DNA from: Marsupella aquatica
Taxonomy: Eukaryota; Plantae; Marchantiophyta
Reading direction: 5' to 3'
Length of the DNA: 64,000 nucleotides
NCBI GenBank assembly: GCA_973895155.1
Contig: OZ316892.1
Location: 1,987,223 to 2,051,222 of the forward strand
Below are positions 52,951 to 64,000 of this stretch, piece by piece. Below the pieces are notes generated by a model. The model saw only the letters and a list, made by a program, of their open reading frames with translations. It was not told the DNA's origin and searched no databases. Position numbers and translations under genes: made by a program. Numbering within the stretch: the stretch's first letter is position 1; each line of letters opens with the position of its first letter.

Positions 52951-53882
52951 AGTCAAAATAGGCTGATGTCATCAGCTCGCGGCAGTCCTTTAATTACTAC
53001 ATTGACATGAATCACGTTGATTCAAGCTTTGATTGGAGGACGGGAAACAGCTGAGTTGGATAACGGAATCTAGCCATTGTTTCATTCATAGATATATGCA
53101 CATTAAATGGACCCGTCCACATTCCATTCCTAAGGCCTCCCGAAGATTAAAACGGATTCTCTTGTGGAACGGATGGCTTTTCACGAACTCGTGCATGATG
53201 CCGCGTTGGGACATAGTCCCACTTTCGTGGAACTGAATGTTTGAACTCATGTCAACTGTTCATGCCTGGTTATCGAATAATTCGTTCAGCCAATATGTAA
53301 AGCGGGGCTGTCGAGAGAAGCTGTAGATCATGGCAAAAGCTTTTACGGGAAGTTTGAAACGACAACTTTGAAGAACAGGGATCATCCAGGGTACAACAGT
53401 AGCTCTGGAGTACATGTGGCATCATGCCTTTCTAGCTGACAGGGAATTCCCTTTGCCTCACCCCATGATTTCGAGCTCAAATAAATTCATCTAGGACGAA
53501 ATGGAGGTGGGCATTGCAACCTTAATCCTGGACCCTGGACTAGCTCGGAGGGTGATTTTGTGGGAGAATGATTTTGATGTTCTTTGACAACTCTTTCCAG
53601 GCGGATGGAATTAGTGTAGGTGGTTGATGACGAAGAGAATTTTGAACATAACTCCATCTTCTACAACTGTTGAGAGAAAGACGAGCATGCTCTCGGTCAA
53701 GCTAACTTATCCGTGGTAGTTCTGAAGTGAACTCCATATACACGTTGGCGACTGTCTTGTTGATGGTTAACTGAATTGCTATAAAATATATGTACATGGA
53801 CTTCGAAAATTTGGCATGATCCAGCTTGGCCGCCAAGAATACATAAATCTTCAGCTTAAATTGACGATATTTACATAATCAT

Positions 53883-56800
53883 TCAGGAAGCTCTTGATTT
53901 GGAAGGCCTCAACGGCTCATCCAATCTTTCATCGTTCCGTTTTGTTCTCCTGTTTAGTGGGCCCGAATCTGGGAAGACGAGTTCCCATGGTCCTTCGGAT
54001 GTTTTACTGAGCGAACACAGGGTTGTATCATCGACAGGAGGAAGCTTCAGCGTTGCCATCTCTCGTTGTTGATGAAGCTGCACCATTAGAACCAATATCA
54101 AATTCTCAGCTGAAGAAAGTGCAACAATGAATGAAAATCGACATGAATTGGCATTCGCATGTGGTACACGTGTATTCGTCATCATGCAGCTCCTACGCAA
54201 TGATGCCAAAAGGTAGCACTTTCGAACTCAATTTTGTGACAAATTACTACAGACTAATCCCACGTTTCCCAATGCGACATAACAGACTTGAGGCTTTCGG
54301 CAGACTCAGATTACAGGCGGCAGCCATTTTTTACCTCATCCACAGCTTTGTAAAGCTTCACAGCAGCTGAAGAATCTTCTGCAGATTCAAGGTGCGTTTC
54401 TTTCCACGCATTGACGACACCTTGTGATCTGCCCGATGGGTCCTATTCATTCACAAGTCCAACTCTAGTTAGAGCATACGTAAAACCCACCATTGTTTCT
54501 CGAGACGTGAGAAAGTGACGGCAGAGAAAGTGACGGCAGAATTTTTCTTTGTGACCATGAAAGGGAAAGTTGAGTCATTGAAATACCTGATCGATGAGAA
54601 GACGAGCTGATGAATGGAACACACCAATGTTTGCAAGTTGTTTCACTGCAGCTGTAAACATTCATCCGCAAATATTTCGATCTCGTGTCAATATCTGAGG
54701 ATTCTGCCTCGAACTTCTCACCAAAGCAACCCATGATTGGTCAGCAATCAAAAAAGATGCCCTGATGGACCCAATGGAGTGCACAACTTATAGGAACCCT
54801 AACATGTTGAGAAACTTGTACTAAGACGTAGTTGGTCTCCTTTAATACGTCACCTAAGAATGTTTCGCGCATCTGAGGATCCTTGCGACAGCTTCCCACC
54901 ATACTATTTACGAGAACATCCCGCTGCTCCTCACCCATAATGAGTCGCTTCCGATCATTGCTGTATTGTCCTCCTGCATTAACTTCCTGTCACAGACCAC
55001 GTAGGTTGGTAAGATACATCTCTAGTGCCATACATAAAACACATCCTCTTAGCTTCAATTCAAGCCTTACCTGGCAGCCACGTATATGCCTGATCAGCTG
55101 CGGAGAGCAATCATTGTTTTATGTTGTCACGTCCTCAAAAGTCTTAATCTCAGGCATTGGAAGAAATATCTCTCGGATAGAAAAAATTGTCGATGACATG
55201 CACGTATATCATTACCTTTAAACACTGCCAATCTATCTAGCTTCCCACAATGAGACGGTAAAGACGATACTTCAGACAGAAACCATTGGTACTTTTAGAG
55301 ATAAAAAAACAACCTGAATCAGTTTCGATTTTCGTCCCCAGAGCTTTAATTTCTTGATTACTTCAGTCCGCAGTTGTTGAAGTCTCCTCTTGCGCAGAGT
55401 TATTCTTTTTTGCTGAGGGCTTTCTCCCGTGTTACTCTTCTTCCTCTTGCTACGCGTATTGGGCAATTCTGTATCGTCTGGAGGATCAAATTCAGGAACC
55501 GAAAGACACGAAGGACCACTACATTGTTGATTTGCAGACGGCAAAGGTTGACGACAAGCATGAGGCAAATTTAGGCCATGTGGGTGGACATGGTTAGTAC
55601 TAGCCTGACTTAAATCATGAGGATGCTGTATCCTGTAACCAGGTCCTTGCTGTCCGTTTTCTTGCACGGTCAGTGGATTAGTTACATCGCTAGGGTGGCC
55701 AGATCTGAAATCTCTGGAGTGAGTTGATGAGAGAGGGCGAGGTGGCTTGCCAGAGGAGATGGGAGGGAGTTCGCTTTCTGGACGACAACGAGACCCTGTC
55801 GGAAGGCCAGCATCATCAACAGTGGCCGCAACGATTGAAAACTCCTCGCCAGTTTGTGTGGGAGGGGCCTGAACAGAAGCACTGGCCGAGGGGGGAAAGA
55901 CACGATGTACAGCCCCCAGAGATACTGAGTTTGTAGCCTGGAGAAGCTCATCAAATCTGAGTGGGCTAACCTGTGTGTAAGGCAGATGCAGACGATTTGC
56001 TGACATTGAAGGCGAGGAACCATTAGAAAGGCATGTGGAGAACTGAGATTTTAAATTGTTATGGACACTAGGAGAAGGATGGGGAAAGGGTATCTGCTGA
56101 ATCGCATCAATAGCTATATTTGCAGCACTATGGGTGGGAATGGACTCTGGGAGGCGACGTCTGGGCTCAGATTTCCTAGCCACAGCAGGTTGAATTGCCT
56201 GGAAATCCTCAGTACCAGGACTGGCAAGACTGTTAGGCTTGCGTCTGGCCATGTCCTTCCATTTGATCTTCCTCCCTCCGCTCACAAGGACACGTGTAGA
56301 GCTTCCATCCTTTAGTAAAAGTTCAACGGGAACCTCAATAGGAGTTCCTGGAAGTGAATTGGACAGGAAGACATCAGTGGTCCTAGATGTGGCCTTAGCC
56401 ATCCCATCCGTCGAGCAAGGTTCCTCAAAATATTCGGCCTCATGGGAAACTGCCACCGGGTCAGGTCCCTCTTGCGGTTCATCGATGACTTCCTTCTGAG
56501 AGGCAGCTATTGACTCAGTCTTCTTTTGATTGTCATCATTGGCTTCCTTTCGGGCTATTACCAACTGCTCGGTTGCCGCTTGAGGTTCATTGGTGACTTT
56601 GTTGAGGGAGGGTGCCAGCTCGGGTGCCTCTCGAGTATCATCGTTAAGCTCCTTGTGAGAGGATGCTGACAGCTGGGTTCTCTCTTCGGTGGCATCGATG
56701 GGTTCCATTTGGGAGGCTGCCACCAGCTCAGCTCCATCTTCGTTGTGATCAGTATCGTCCTTCTGGGCTGCTCCCACCAGCTCGGTTCCCTCGCTACAAT

Positions 56801-57497
56801 CATCATTGAGATCCTCCTTTTCACAGGCTGCAACCAGCTCAGTTCCCTGTTGAACGTTATCGCTGAGTTCCTGCTGGAAGCTTAGTTCTCGATTGCTTTT
56901 CTCGTGAAGATTATCGTTGGGATCCACGAGCTCCGTTTCCTCAGGAGTTTCATTAATGAGTTCCGGTTGAGAAGCACCCTCCAGCTCGGCTCCCTCTTGA
57001 GCATCACAGTTGACTTCCTTTCGTAAGGATTCAACGAGCTCCGTTCCCTCTAGGGTCTCGTCTCTGGGTTCCTCCTGGGAGGCTACCACAAGCTGGATGC
57101 TCTCTTCAGAAATGTCATTGAGGTCCCTCTGGGAGGCTGCCACCAGCTCAGTTTGCTCTTGAGTTAACCCAGTGCGTTCCTTGTGTGCGGCTAACACCAC
57201 TTCGGCTCCCTCACGAGGATCATTCTTGAGTTCCTTCTGTGAGGCTGCAACCAGCTCAGCCCCTCCTTGAGTGTCATCTCTGAGTTCGTGTTGAGAGGCT
57301 ACCACCAATTCAGTTCCCTCTTGAGTGTCCCTAACCACTTCTTGTTGGGAGACTACCACTAGCTCTGCTCCCTCTTCAGGATCATTGTTGAGTTCCTGCT
57401 GGGAAGCTACTACCAATTGGGTTCCCTCTTGAGGTTTGTCATTGGTTTCCATCAGGAAGGCTGCCACCACCTTTCCGGATTTCCCCGCAGCATCCAT
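53883..57497 (-). CDS. Uncharacterized protein with N-terminal acidic ~20-aa repeats, a disordered middle, a basic NLS-like stretch and short C-terminal exons
   Basis: 741-codon ORF with many EG(T/A)ELV(V/A)ASQxEL repeats and KRKK/RKRR. Downstream GT-AG-bounded coding blocks lie at ~54990-54854, ~54428-54335 and ~54078-53883. Confidence 0.65.
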
Positions 57498-58789
57498 TCA
57501 GCAGTCTTCCGGCGTCTACCCTAATCACTGTACTGGAAGACAGTCTGATTTCAGCTCCATTAAACTTATACTCGAATCGCTTCTGCATTTTTTTATTTCC
57601 TGAAGTTCTCCCCTTCTAGCGGTCTCAACGTGCTCCTTTTATTTAAATTTGGATGATCTTCACTCTCGACATCTCGTATCCACAATCGAACGTCTCCCTG
57701 TCATATCATTCCAGTCACAATAAGGCAGATTTCCTACAACACAAAACCTCAGGCAGGAACTCGAGAAATTGCCACAAACCAAGCCCATACTAAACTCTTA
57801 AATGGAAGCTGCAAGTGACGACATTTGGCAATTGAGTTAAATTTAACGCCTGAGCGAATTGGAGCGGTAGATAGACTGGAAGAAAGTAGGTCTCGATTGA
57901 ACTTAAGGATGCACTGTATGAAGCATTACACATAAAGTCTTGAAGGGATAACGATCTGGAGCATTGAATGGACGAAATTTTTGGTGGGCTTTGCAGGGGT
58001 TAGAGGACCAGGACCTCCTACCCACAGCGGGAGGAAAGGAAACTGTGTCGAGTGGATTACGGACGTGAACGCATAAAATTGAACTGCGACCAACCCCACT
58101 GTGATTCCAGTCTGGCCGACCGCAGATACGAGCAAGAACCAATCACAGTAGTCAATTCGAATCCACTGGAATAGAACTGAGTCAACAGAAAATGAGCTGC
58201 GGCAAATTTCCCTGCCAGTCAATCCCCTATGAATGGGCTCTCACAAAACCCACTGAACCCCAAACCCTAACCCAGAGAAAGACTTCAGTATGTCGAGTTC
58301 ATTCATCAGCATTGTACATTTCAGGTCCGACAAATCGTCCATCCGTGGAACATTACGAGTACACCCGAACCCTAAATCCTGCGGGAGCAGGGGAGCAGAG
58401 AGGCACTTGAATGGCATTGAGTTGCGTTTTCACAGCATTGCGTTATGCATTCAGGTTTGGCACAAGAAAAGTTACCTGCCGGAAAGCAACATCACTCCAT
58501 CACAAACGGTCTTGATGCGGATCCAGCACTACCGATTCAGCTCGCCGATCTCTTGAAACGCTGTTTCGTTCACTTTGCAGTCCCCAAACCTGACCCTCAA
58601 TGCCACACCTCCCGCTGAGCGTACTCAACTTCGAGGTCTTCATCATCAATCATCAAAAGTTCGTCAAATTTCCTCGACCAAGAAAAGTTCTCAATCGATT
58701 TTCGTCCGTCAACGAGAGGTCAAAGCGTTCCTCACCGAAAGCAGAACGTAGTACCGAAACGTCAGGTTGCCGGTGCGTCGCTACTTACG

Positions 58790-59418
58790 TACATGGACTT
58801 GTCCGACAAATGAGGCGACTTGTCCGACAAATGACGGGTCTGGACTCCGACGTCCGACATTTGTCACACGAGGTCCCGGTCCGGCCCCGACCGGCCCACA
58901 CCCCGGCCTGACCCGGCCTGGCCCGAGCCCAACCCGGCCCCGCCGACGACCCCGACCTTACCCTATCCCGCCCCGACCCGGCCCGGACCCCAAACCGGGG
59001 GGCTGGCTCACTAAACCGGGAGAGTCCGGGACCCGGCCAGGAAGGGTTTGGGAAAGTTTGGGCAGGTTTGAACTGACGGACAAGTTGTCGTGTTGTCGGA
59101 CACGACAACTTTGACAACACGACAATTTGTCATTTGTTGGCTCCAAAAGGGGTCAAATTTTGGATATTTGCTTACATTTCTCGGCCGAACGGGAAATGCC
59201 GGGACAGGCCAGGGTAGGCCGGGGTCAGGGCCGAGACCGGGGACAGGGTCAGGGCGGGGTGTGAGCCGTCCGGGGCCGGGACGACCGGGTGTGACACATG
59301 TTGGATGTCGGAGTCCAAACCCGGCACCGGCTGGGGAATATAGCAAATATGTGACAGTTGACCCCTTTTGGAGCCGACAAATGACAAGTTGTCGTGTCTG
59401 ACAACATGACAACATGTC
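58790..59418. mobile_element. GC-rich foldback/MITE-like element with overlapping inverted repeats
   Basis: 58836-58945 is inverted relative to 59217-59325, and 59106-59172 is inverted relative to 59341-59410. The motif gtccgac/gacaac recurs. No coding capacity is recognisable. Confidence 0.7.
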
Positions 59419-59419
59419 C

Positions 59420-62400
59420 TTCAGTAGAAACCGTACATCTGCCTCCCACCGACCCACACATGCTCCTACAATAATAGATCCAGGATCAATAAACAATTCC
59501 TCCCTGCCTTTAAAGGCTTGGTTCCATGGGCCAAGGGCAGGGAGTACAATCACTCCCTCTGACACCCCTGGGCCCAAATATGTTGTATTCCAAGGTACAC
59601 ACAGTATTTTAAATGTAGGTTAAAAAAAACCTTTACTTAGTCTTGTGAAAAAGGAAGTAAATGCTTGATAGGACCCTTGCCAAAACAAAATTTACGTGAT
59701 AGGCCCCTACTAAACCTTTGTTACAAACTAGGCCCCCCACAAAATTGTTGTTACCAACTAGGCCACCTACATAGTTTCCATACATATGGTTTTCATGCGG
59801 TGTCTAAAGGTATGGTCAACCATACATTTTCCACCGTAATCCATCACACGTTGGGTCACAATCCACCGAGCGTGCATTTATGCTTGAAGACATAATGGTT
59901 ATGTCTTCACATGGTTATAGAGTCTTAAAGGATTCACCGCTACACGATAGTGGGTTTGCACAACATGTCATGACATATAGTATCGTAGCCATAGTGTATC
60001 GAAAACATACAAGTCACCGGCAATGCATATGTGCAAGCTGCTAGCAACCAACATCCTGAGAAAAAAGTCCAATCACATTCACAAGTGCCAAGAAAAAGCA
60101 ACTGAGATGGTATGTACGTAGTGGAGGTGTAAACCTCTGTATCCCCCCCCAGACCACAATCAAAAGGAGGGCTGAAGAAAATTCAGGTAGCACGTGGAGC
60201 ACAGGAAGGGCAAAACCATAACCCTTCTGGCACCTGGGTAAGTTCAGGCCGAAGGCAGAAAAGATGGTACCCTCCATTGCAATTGTCACACAGCAGCATC
60301 TGGTCAGCATCATCAATTCGCAAACACACTTTGCAAGGGTAGTCCACAGGTGGAATCCAAGTAGAAGTCACAATGGTGGGATCCAGGTTAGGCAGATGAC
60401 AAGGGGCGCAATTCTTGGCATTGTCAGCAATTGTGCGCCCATCTGCCCCTTGTAACTCTAGCACTCCAGACGGTCGAATAGCTTTGACCCTGAGAATAGT
60501 GCGACTGGTAGAGGTGTCCAGGGTGTCGTTAGCTTGCCGCTGCAAGTACACAAAATCTCCCACTTCAAACTTCCTGACCTTGGGCTGAAAAGTGCCCCCT
60601 CGTGTGTGTGCATAACGCAGTGTGTCCCTGTGCTGTGTAATGGCCAAATTCTCCATGGCCATGGGCATAACCCTCCTGAATAGGGCAGCCCTCTCAGAGA
60701 TCACATCAGACCAAGTCACAGCTGAATCCAAGTCCACCACCTGAAGCATGTGAGAAGCAATAGTAGAAGGTGGAACTGGGTGACGACCAAACAACAAGAA
60801 GTAGGGAGAAAAGTTAGACAGGGATGCATGTCTGGACATCCTATACCCCATGGCAATGTAGGGTAAGGCCAGGTCCCAATCCTCCTTGTTTTTGGTGAGG
60901 CAGATCTTCCGAAGGCCCTTCTTGCATGTCTGAACCATGCGCTCTGCCAAGCCATCTGCCTGTGGGTGATCTCGTGATGTCCGGCGATGATCAATGAGAG
61001 CCTGATCAAGCAGCTCCTGGAACTCTCCTCTAAACTCTGAGCCCTGGTCAGTGAGACATTCTGCACAAGCTCCAAAGCGGCTGAGAACTTGTTGCAAGAA
61101 TGCCTGGCTGGTGCTACGGGAGGTCTTATCCGGCAATGCTACAAGTTCTATCCACTTGGAGAAATGCTCTATCATGATCATGATGTAGAGATTACCCCGA
61201 GATGTGAGGGGTATGTAATTCTCCAGCCAAATCACATGACCAACGATAAAACATGCCCTGAATAGGGAGTGGATGAAGTGTGGGTTGCCGAGATGTGAAA
61301 GAAGTCCTTACCCTATCACACTGCTCACACCGGGCAATAACATCTCGAACCTGGCCATGCATGCCTCTCCAATGATAATGGGGGACCAAGAGGCTATAAG
61401 TCCTCTTAACACCAAAATGACCAAGCTCAGAATGTACCTTACGGATAAGGCCAACCCTCTCATGAATGGGTGGAACCACCACTTCCCTGTCTGGCAAGCA
61501 GCGCACAAGATGATCTCCCTTCCACAATTAGCGCTTGGACCTTTGCTGAATTCGGTCTCTCTGGGCAGCAGTAACATGGGTGGGGTACTCCCCATCCTGC
61601 AGAAATCTCAGAGTGTCGCTGTCCTCCCATATGTCCACCACAGGTTGGTCAACAATGTAGCATGGCAGCAAAGCAAGATAGGTAGATGCATGAAATGTAG
61701 GCAGGGTGAAAACCTGGTCAAAATCCTGCCGTGCATCTGAGGGATCATCAGAGGCAATCAAAGGGCTGCGGGACATAGTGTCAGCATTTTGATGTGTCAC
61801 ACCAGGCCTATGAATTACCTCAAAATCATACTCCTGGAGTATGAGTGCCCAACGAGCAAGCTTGCCAGTAAGCTTGTCGTTGGTCATCAACCATTTCAAG
61901 GGCTGGTGGTCGGTGTAGAGAACAAACTTGGTCCCATAGAGGTAGGGCCTGTAATGTATGACAGCCCACACAACAGCAAGGCATTCACCCTCATAAGAAG
62001 AATAATGACTCTCTGCCTGATTGTTGCTCCTGGATGCATAGGCAATGACGTACTCTTTACCTTCCTCATCATGCTGGCCTAGAATGGCACCAATCCCAAG
62101 GGCACTCCAATCTGTGTGTAGCACAAAGACCTTGTTGAAATCAGGTCTTCTCAGCACTGGGTATTCTGAGAGCTTCTCCTTCAAAGTGGCAAATGTTGCC
62201 TCAACATCTGTACTCCATGTCCAAGTCACATTCTTTTTCAACAAAGCATACAATGGGTGTGCAATGGTACTGAAATCTTTGATGTAGATCCGGTAGTAAT
62301 TGCACAACCCAATAAAACTCCTCAAAGTGTGAACATCGGTAGGAGTGGGCATTTCCAAGATGGATACCACCTTGGCCCAGTGAGCCATGGTTCCATTTGG

Positions 62401-64000
62401 AAGAATGCGATGCCCAAGATATACGACTGATCTGACAGCAAATTCACACTTCTTGGGGTGTATGTTTAGGTTCACCTTCTTAAGCCTTATGAATAGCTCC
62501 TCAAGGTCAAGTAGATGCTGGTCAAATCCTTTGTTGTGGACCAACACATCATCAATGTAGCATTTCAGAAACTCAGCACCTTGAAGAACCTGGTCCATGA
62601 CTCTTTGAAAGAATATGGGCGCATTCTTCAAGCCAAATGGCATCACCAACCACTCCCATAGTTGGTTACTACCATGGAAAGTTGTTTTCTTGCGGTCCTT
62701 TGCAAGCAGCAAAATCTGGTTGAAGCCTTGCCTTAGATCCACAAGAGTGAAGATGTCTGAGTCTCCAATGCTGTCAAATAGCTCCTCTGGCCGCGGCATG
62801 GGGTACCTGTCCTGGGGTGTGACCAGGTTCAATGGCTTGTAGTCCCCACACATGCGCTTCTCTGTCCACAATCCACTGGAATCCTTCTTTGCTGGCATCA
62901 CTGTAGCTGCCGCAAAATCTGATGTAGATGGCTGAATAAGACCAGCTTCATAAAGCTCTTGGCACCTCTCATCCACCAGCTGCCACTCATGCTTACTCAA
63001 ACGGTGTCTCCGCCTAAAGATAGGTGTTTCATCAGCCAACTCAATGGAGAACTGCATAGTCTTGCACTTACCCAAGTCCTTCATAGAGAAAGCAAACACA
63101 TTCTCATGCTTGAGGAGCAAATTCAGCAGCTGGTCCCCGAGCTGGTCCTTCTGTCTTTTACTCAGGTGGTTGCCCATGATAAATGTGTAGTTGGCAACAC
63201 TAGGAATAGGACCTGATGTACTCATGCTTGAAGAGCCAGAAGTGCCAGCCTCTCCACTGTCCAAGCTGCTAGCATGCTGCTGATAAGGTGATGAGGCCTC
63301 TCCAAGGCCTGCTGTATCTGTTGCTCTGGTCTGATCCACACCATGAAACTCAGAAATAATGTCAGCCACATTACAAGGGACCTCCTCCCCCCCAACACTT
63401 GGACTGAAGCGGTGAGTGTTGAATAGAGGTAAGTGCACCTGGTCTGGATGCCATGTAGCAGCACTGTGGAGGGGTAGGGCTGGAGCTCCTAATGCTGGAG
63501 GAATGTACATCTGAAAAAGGATGCAAGTGACCAGAAGCCAAGTGAGAGCATTGAGATCCATTACCCTGCCAAGTAAAGCATTCCTGGCCAGCCTGGTGAT
63601 TTTGGTGTGACCTGTAGTACCGGGTTGGAAGCCCATAGCCCGTTCTCTCTCCTCAGGACTAGGTTCATCCCATGTACCGGTAGAATGTCGATAAACCAGC
63701 CCAGGACCATCACCCTGAAAAGCATGTGCACCTGGAAAGGACACAAATGTAGGCCAAGCAGCACGGGGTTGTCCAATGGTATTAGCTGGATACCAAGGTG
63801 CTGGCTCTTGCCGTGTAACTGGTTGGCAAGAACTGTCAGGATCCAAAATCTGGTCCACTGTAAGGTTAGTGTCCCTAGATGTGTGGTGAAGAGCCATCTC
63901 CAGCAAGGAAGGTGGTGCAAGGTTAGTCCAAAAGTTACGAAGACGATGTGCATAAGAACCACAGTGCACTGCATCAATGAGAAGGGGTGGTCCCAAGTAG
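59420..64000 (-). mobile_element. Ty3/Gypsy LTR retrotransposon (5' part outside the window) carrying a C5 DNA methyltransferase and a PHD finger
   Basis: Domain order RT-RNaseH-INT is Gypsy-type. The 3' LTR boundary is not resolved. Confidence 0.9.
60183..64000 (-). pseudogene. pol polyprotein: [DNMT C-terminal half]-RT-RNase H-integrase-PHD; in-frame stop at 61528-61530 and frameshift at ~61212
   Basis: RT: RMCGDY..LN, DLRQGFNQ, MPFGLKNAP, YIDD. RNase H: TDWS..GIG, YEGECLA, TDHQPL, NADTMSR. INT: H..GH...CEQC, DLAG, TDQGSEF, GLAER. PHD: CKVC..CDNC...H..C...WFCPSC. DNMT: IDAVHCGSYAHRLRNFWTNL, PEERERAMGF, RNALLGRVMD. Confidence 0.9.

Noticed and set aside
58767-59577. Pro/Gly/Arg-rich ORFs
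   Set aside because: They are by-products of the GC-rich foldback repeat.

Overview
Eukaryotic land-plant genomic DNA with GT-AG spliced genes. It is most likely from a bryophyte with flagellated sperm, probably a liverwort (inferred from an ODA7/DNAAF1 gene and an alpha/beta-hydrolase-NB-ARC gene). Genes read by eye: RPL37; a conserved plant P-loop-like protein plus a degenerate partial duplicate; a long-chain alcohol oxidase whose 4.2-kb intron contains a complete intronless antisense PDI gene; an intronless TetX-like FAD monooxygenase (HGT candidate); plastid BCCP; a CWC21/SRRM2-like splicing factor; DNAAF1/ODA7; a hydrolase-NB-ARC-U-box-TM gene with no LRRs; and an unknown acidic-repeat protein. 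The right end holds a slightly degenerate Ty3/Gypsy retrotransposon, which is the main finding. Its pol has a C5 cytosine DNA methyltransferase (DNMT3-like motifs VIII-X) in frame upstream of reverse transcriptase and a PHD finger at the integrase C-terminus. Several MITE-like/foldback elements and tandem repeats are also present. All calls come from motif recognition, with no database searches.
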